Origin: Podarcis liolepis
Lineage: Eukaryota
DNA length: 64,000 bases
Reading direction: 5' to 3' (one strand)
Assembly (NCBI GenBank): GCA_965112155.1
Contig: OZ218100.1
Positions 63,709-64,000 of this stretch are shown here, in pieces (the first letter of the stretch is position 1; the number at the start of each line of letters is the position of its first letter). Under the pieces are notes generated by a model. That model did not search any database and had not been told where the DNA came from. It saw nothing but the letters and a program-made list of their open reading frames with translations. The position numbers and the translations under genes are program-made.

Positions 63709-64000
63709 CAGCTTTGGTTCCCATCTGCCTAAATGAAAAAAGGATTCTCTTGGGAAAAGTACAAGGTTGTAAGCACCTTTCCTAATTAGAAGGGCTGTAT
63801 AAATGAAAAGGGAGATTTCTCAAGGTTTGAAAACATTTCCTGATCAGCAAAAATATAACATCAGAAACAGACTGTATTTTTCCGTGTATTAGACAAGGTT
63901 TTTTGACTCAAAAATCATGTAAAAAAACCTGGGGTCGTCCAATACACTGTTAGAGGCATGGGGGAGGGGGGAGAAGCGGCGCGCCAGCCAGTTGGCAGGA

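Overview
This is AT-rich vertebrate genomic DNA, not prokaryotic. The repeat content (Sauria SINE, a young L2 LINE, hAT and Tc1/mariner MITEs) points to a squamate, most likely a lacertid lizard (inference). The window lies inside ZFAND3 on the + strand. It holds three internal coding exons (29192-29371, 42170-42235, 52072-52242; equivalent to human exons 3-5), all with canonical AG/GT boundaries and all phase 1-1. I found neither the start-coding exons nor the last exon. The rest is intron with many TE copies, microsatellites, a 132-N gap and several repeat-free blocks that look like enhancers. The best second-look items are a probable ancient LF-SINE relic (~62091-62310), a young 5'-truncated L2 with an uninterrupted ORF2 C-terminus, an OC1/OposCharlie-like hAT MITE, a MITE with an apparent 6-bp TSD, and a stop-free 417-nt exon 3-5 cassette bracketed by inverted repeats (circRNA hypothesis). 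I see no convincing evidence of a wholly new biological system. Almost all ORFs in the supplied track are spurious. All family names come from remembered consensus motifs, not from database searches.
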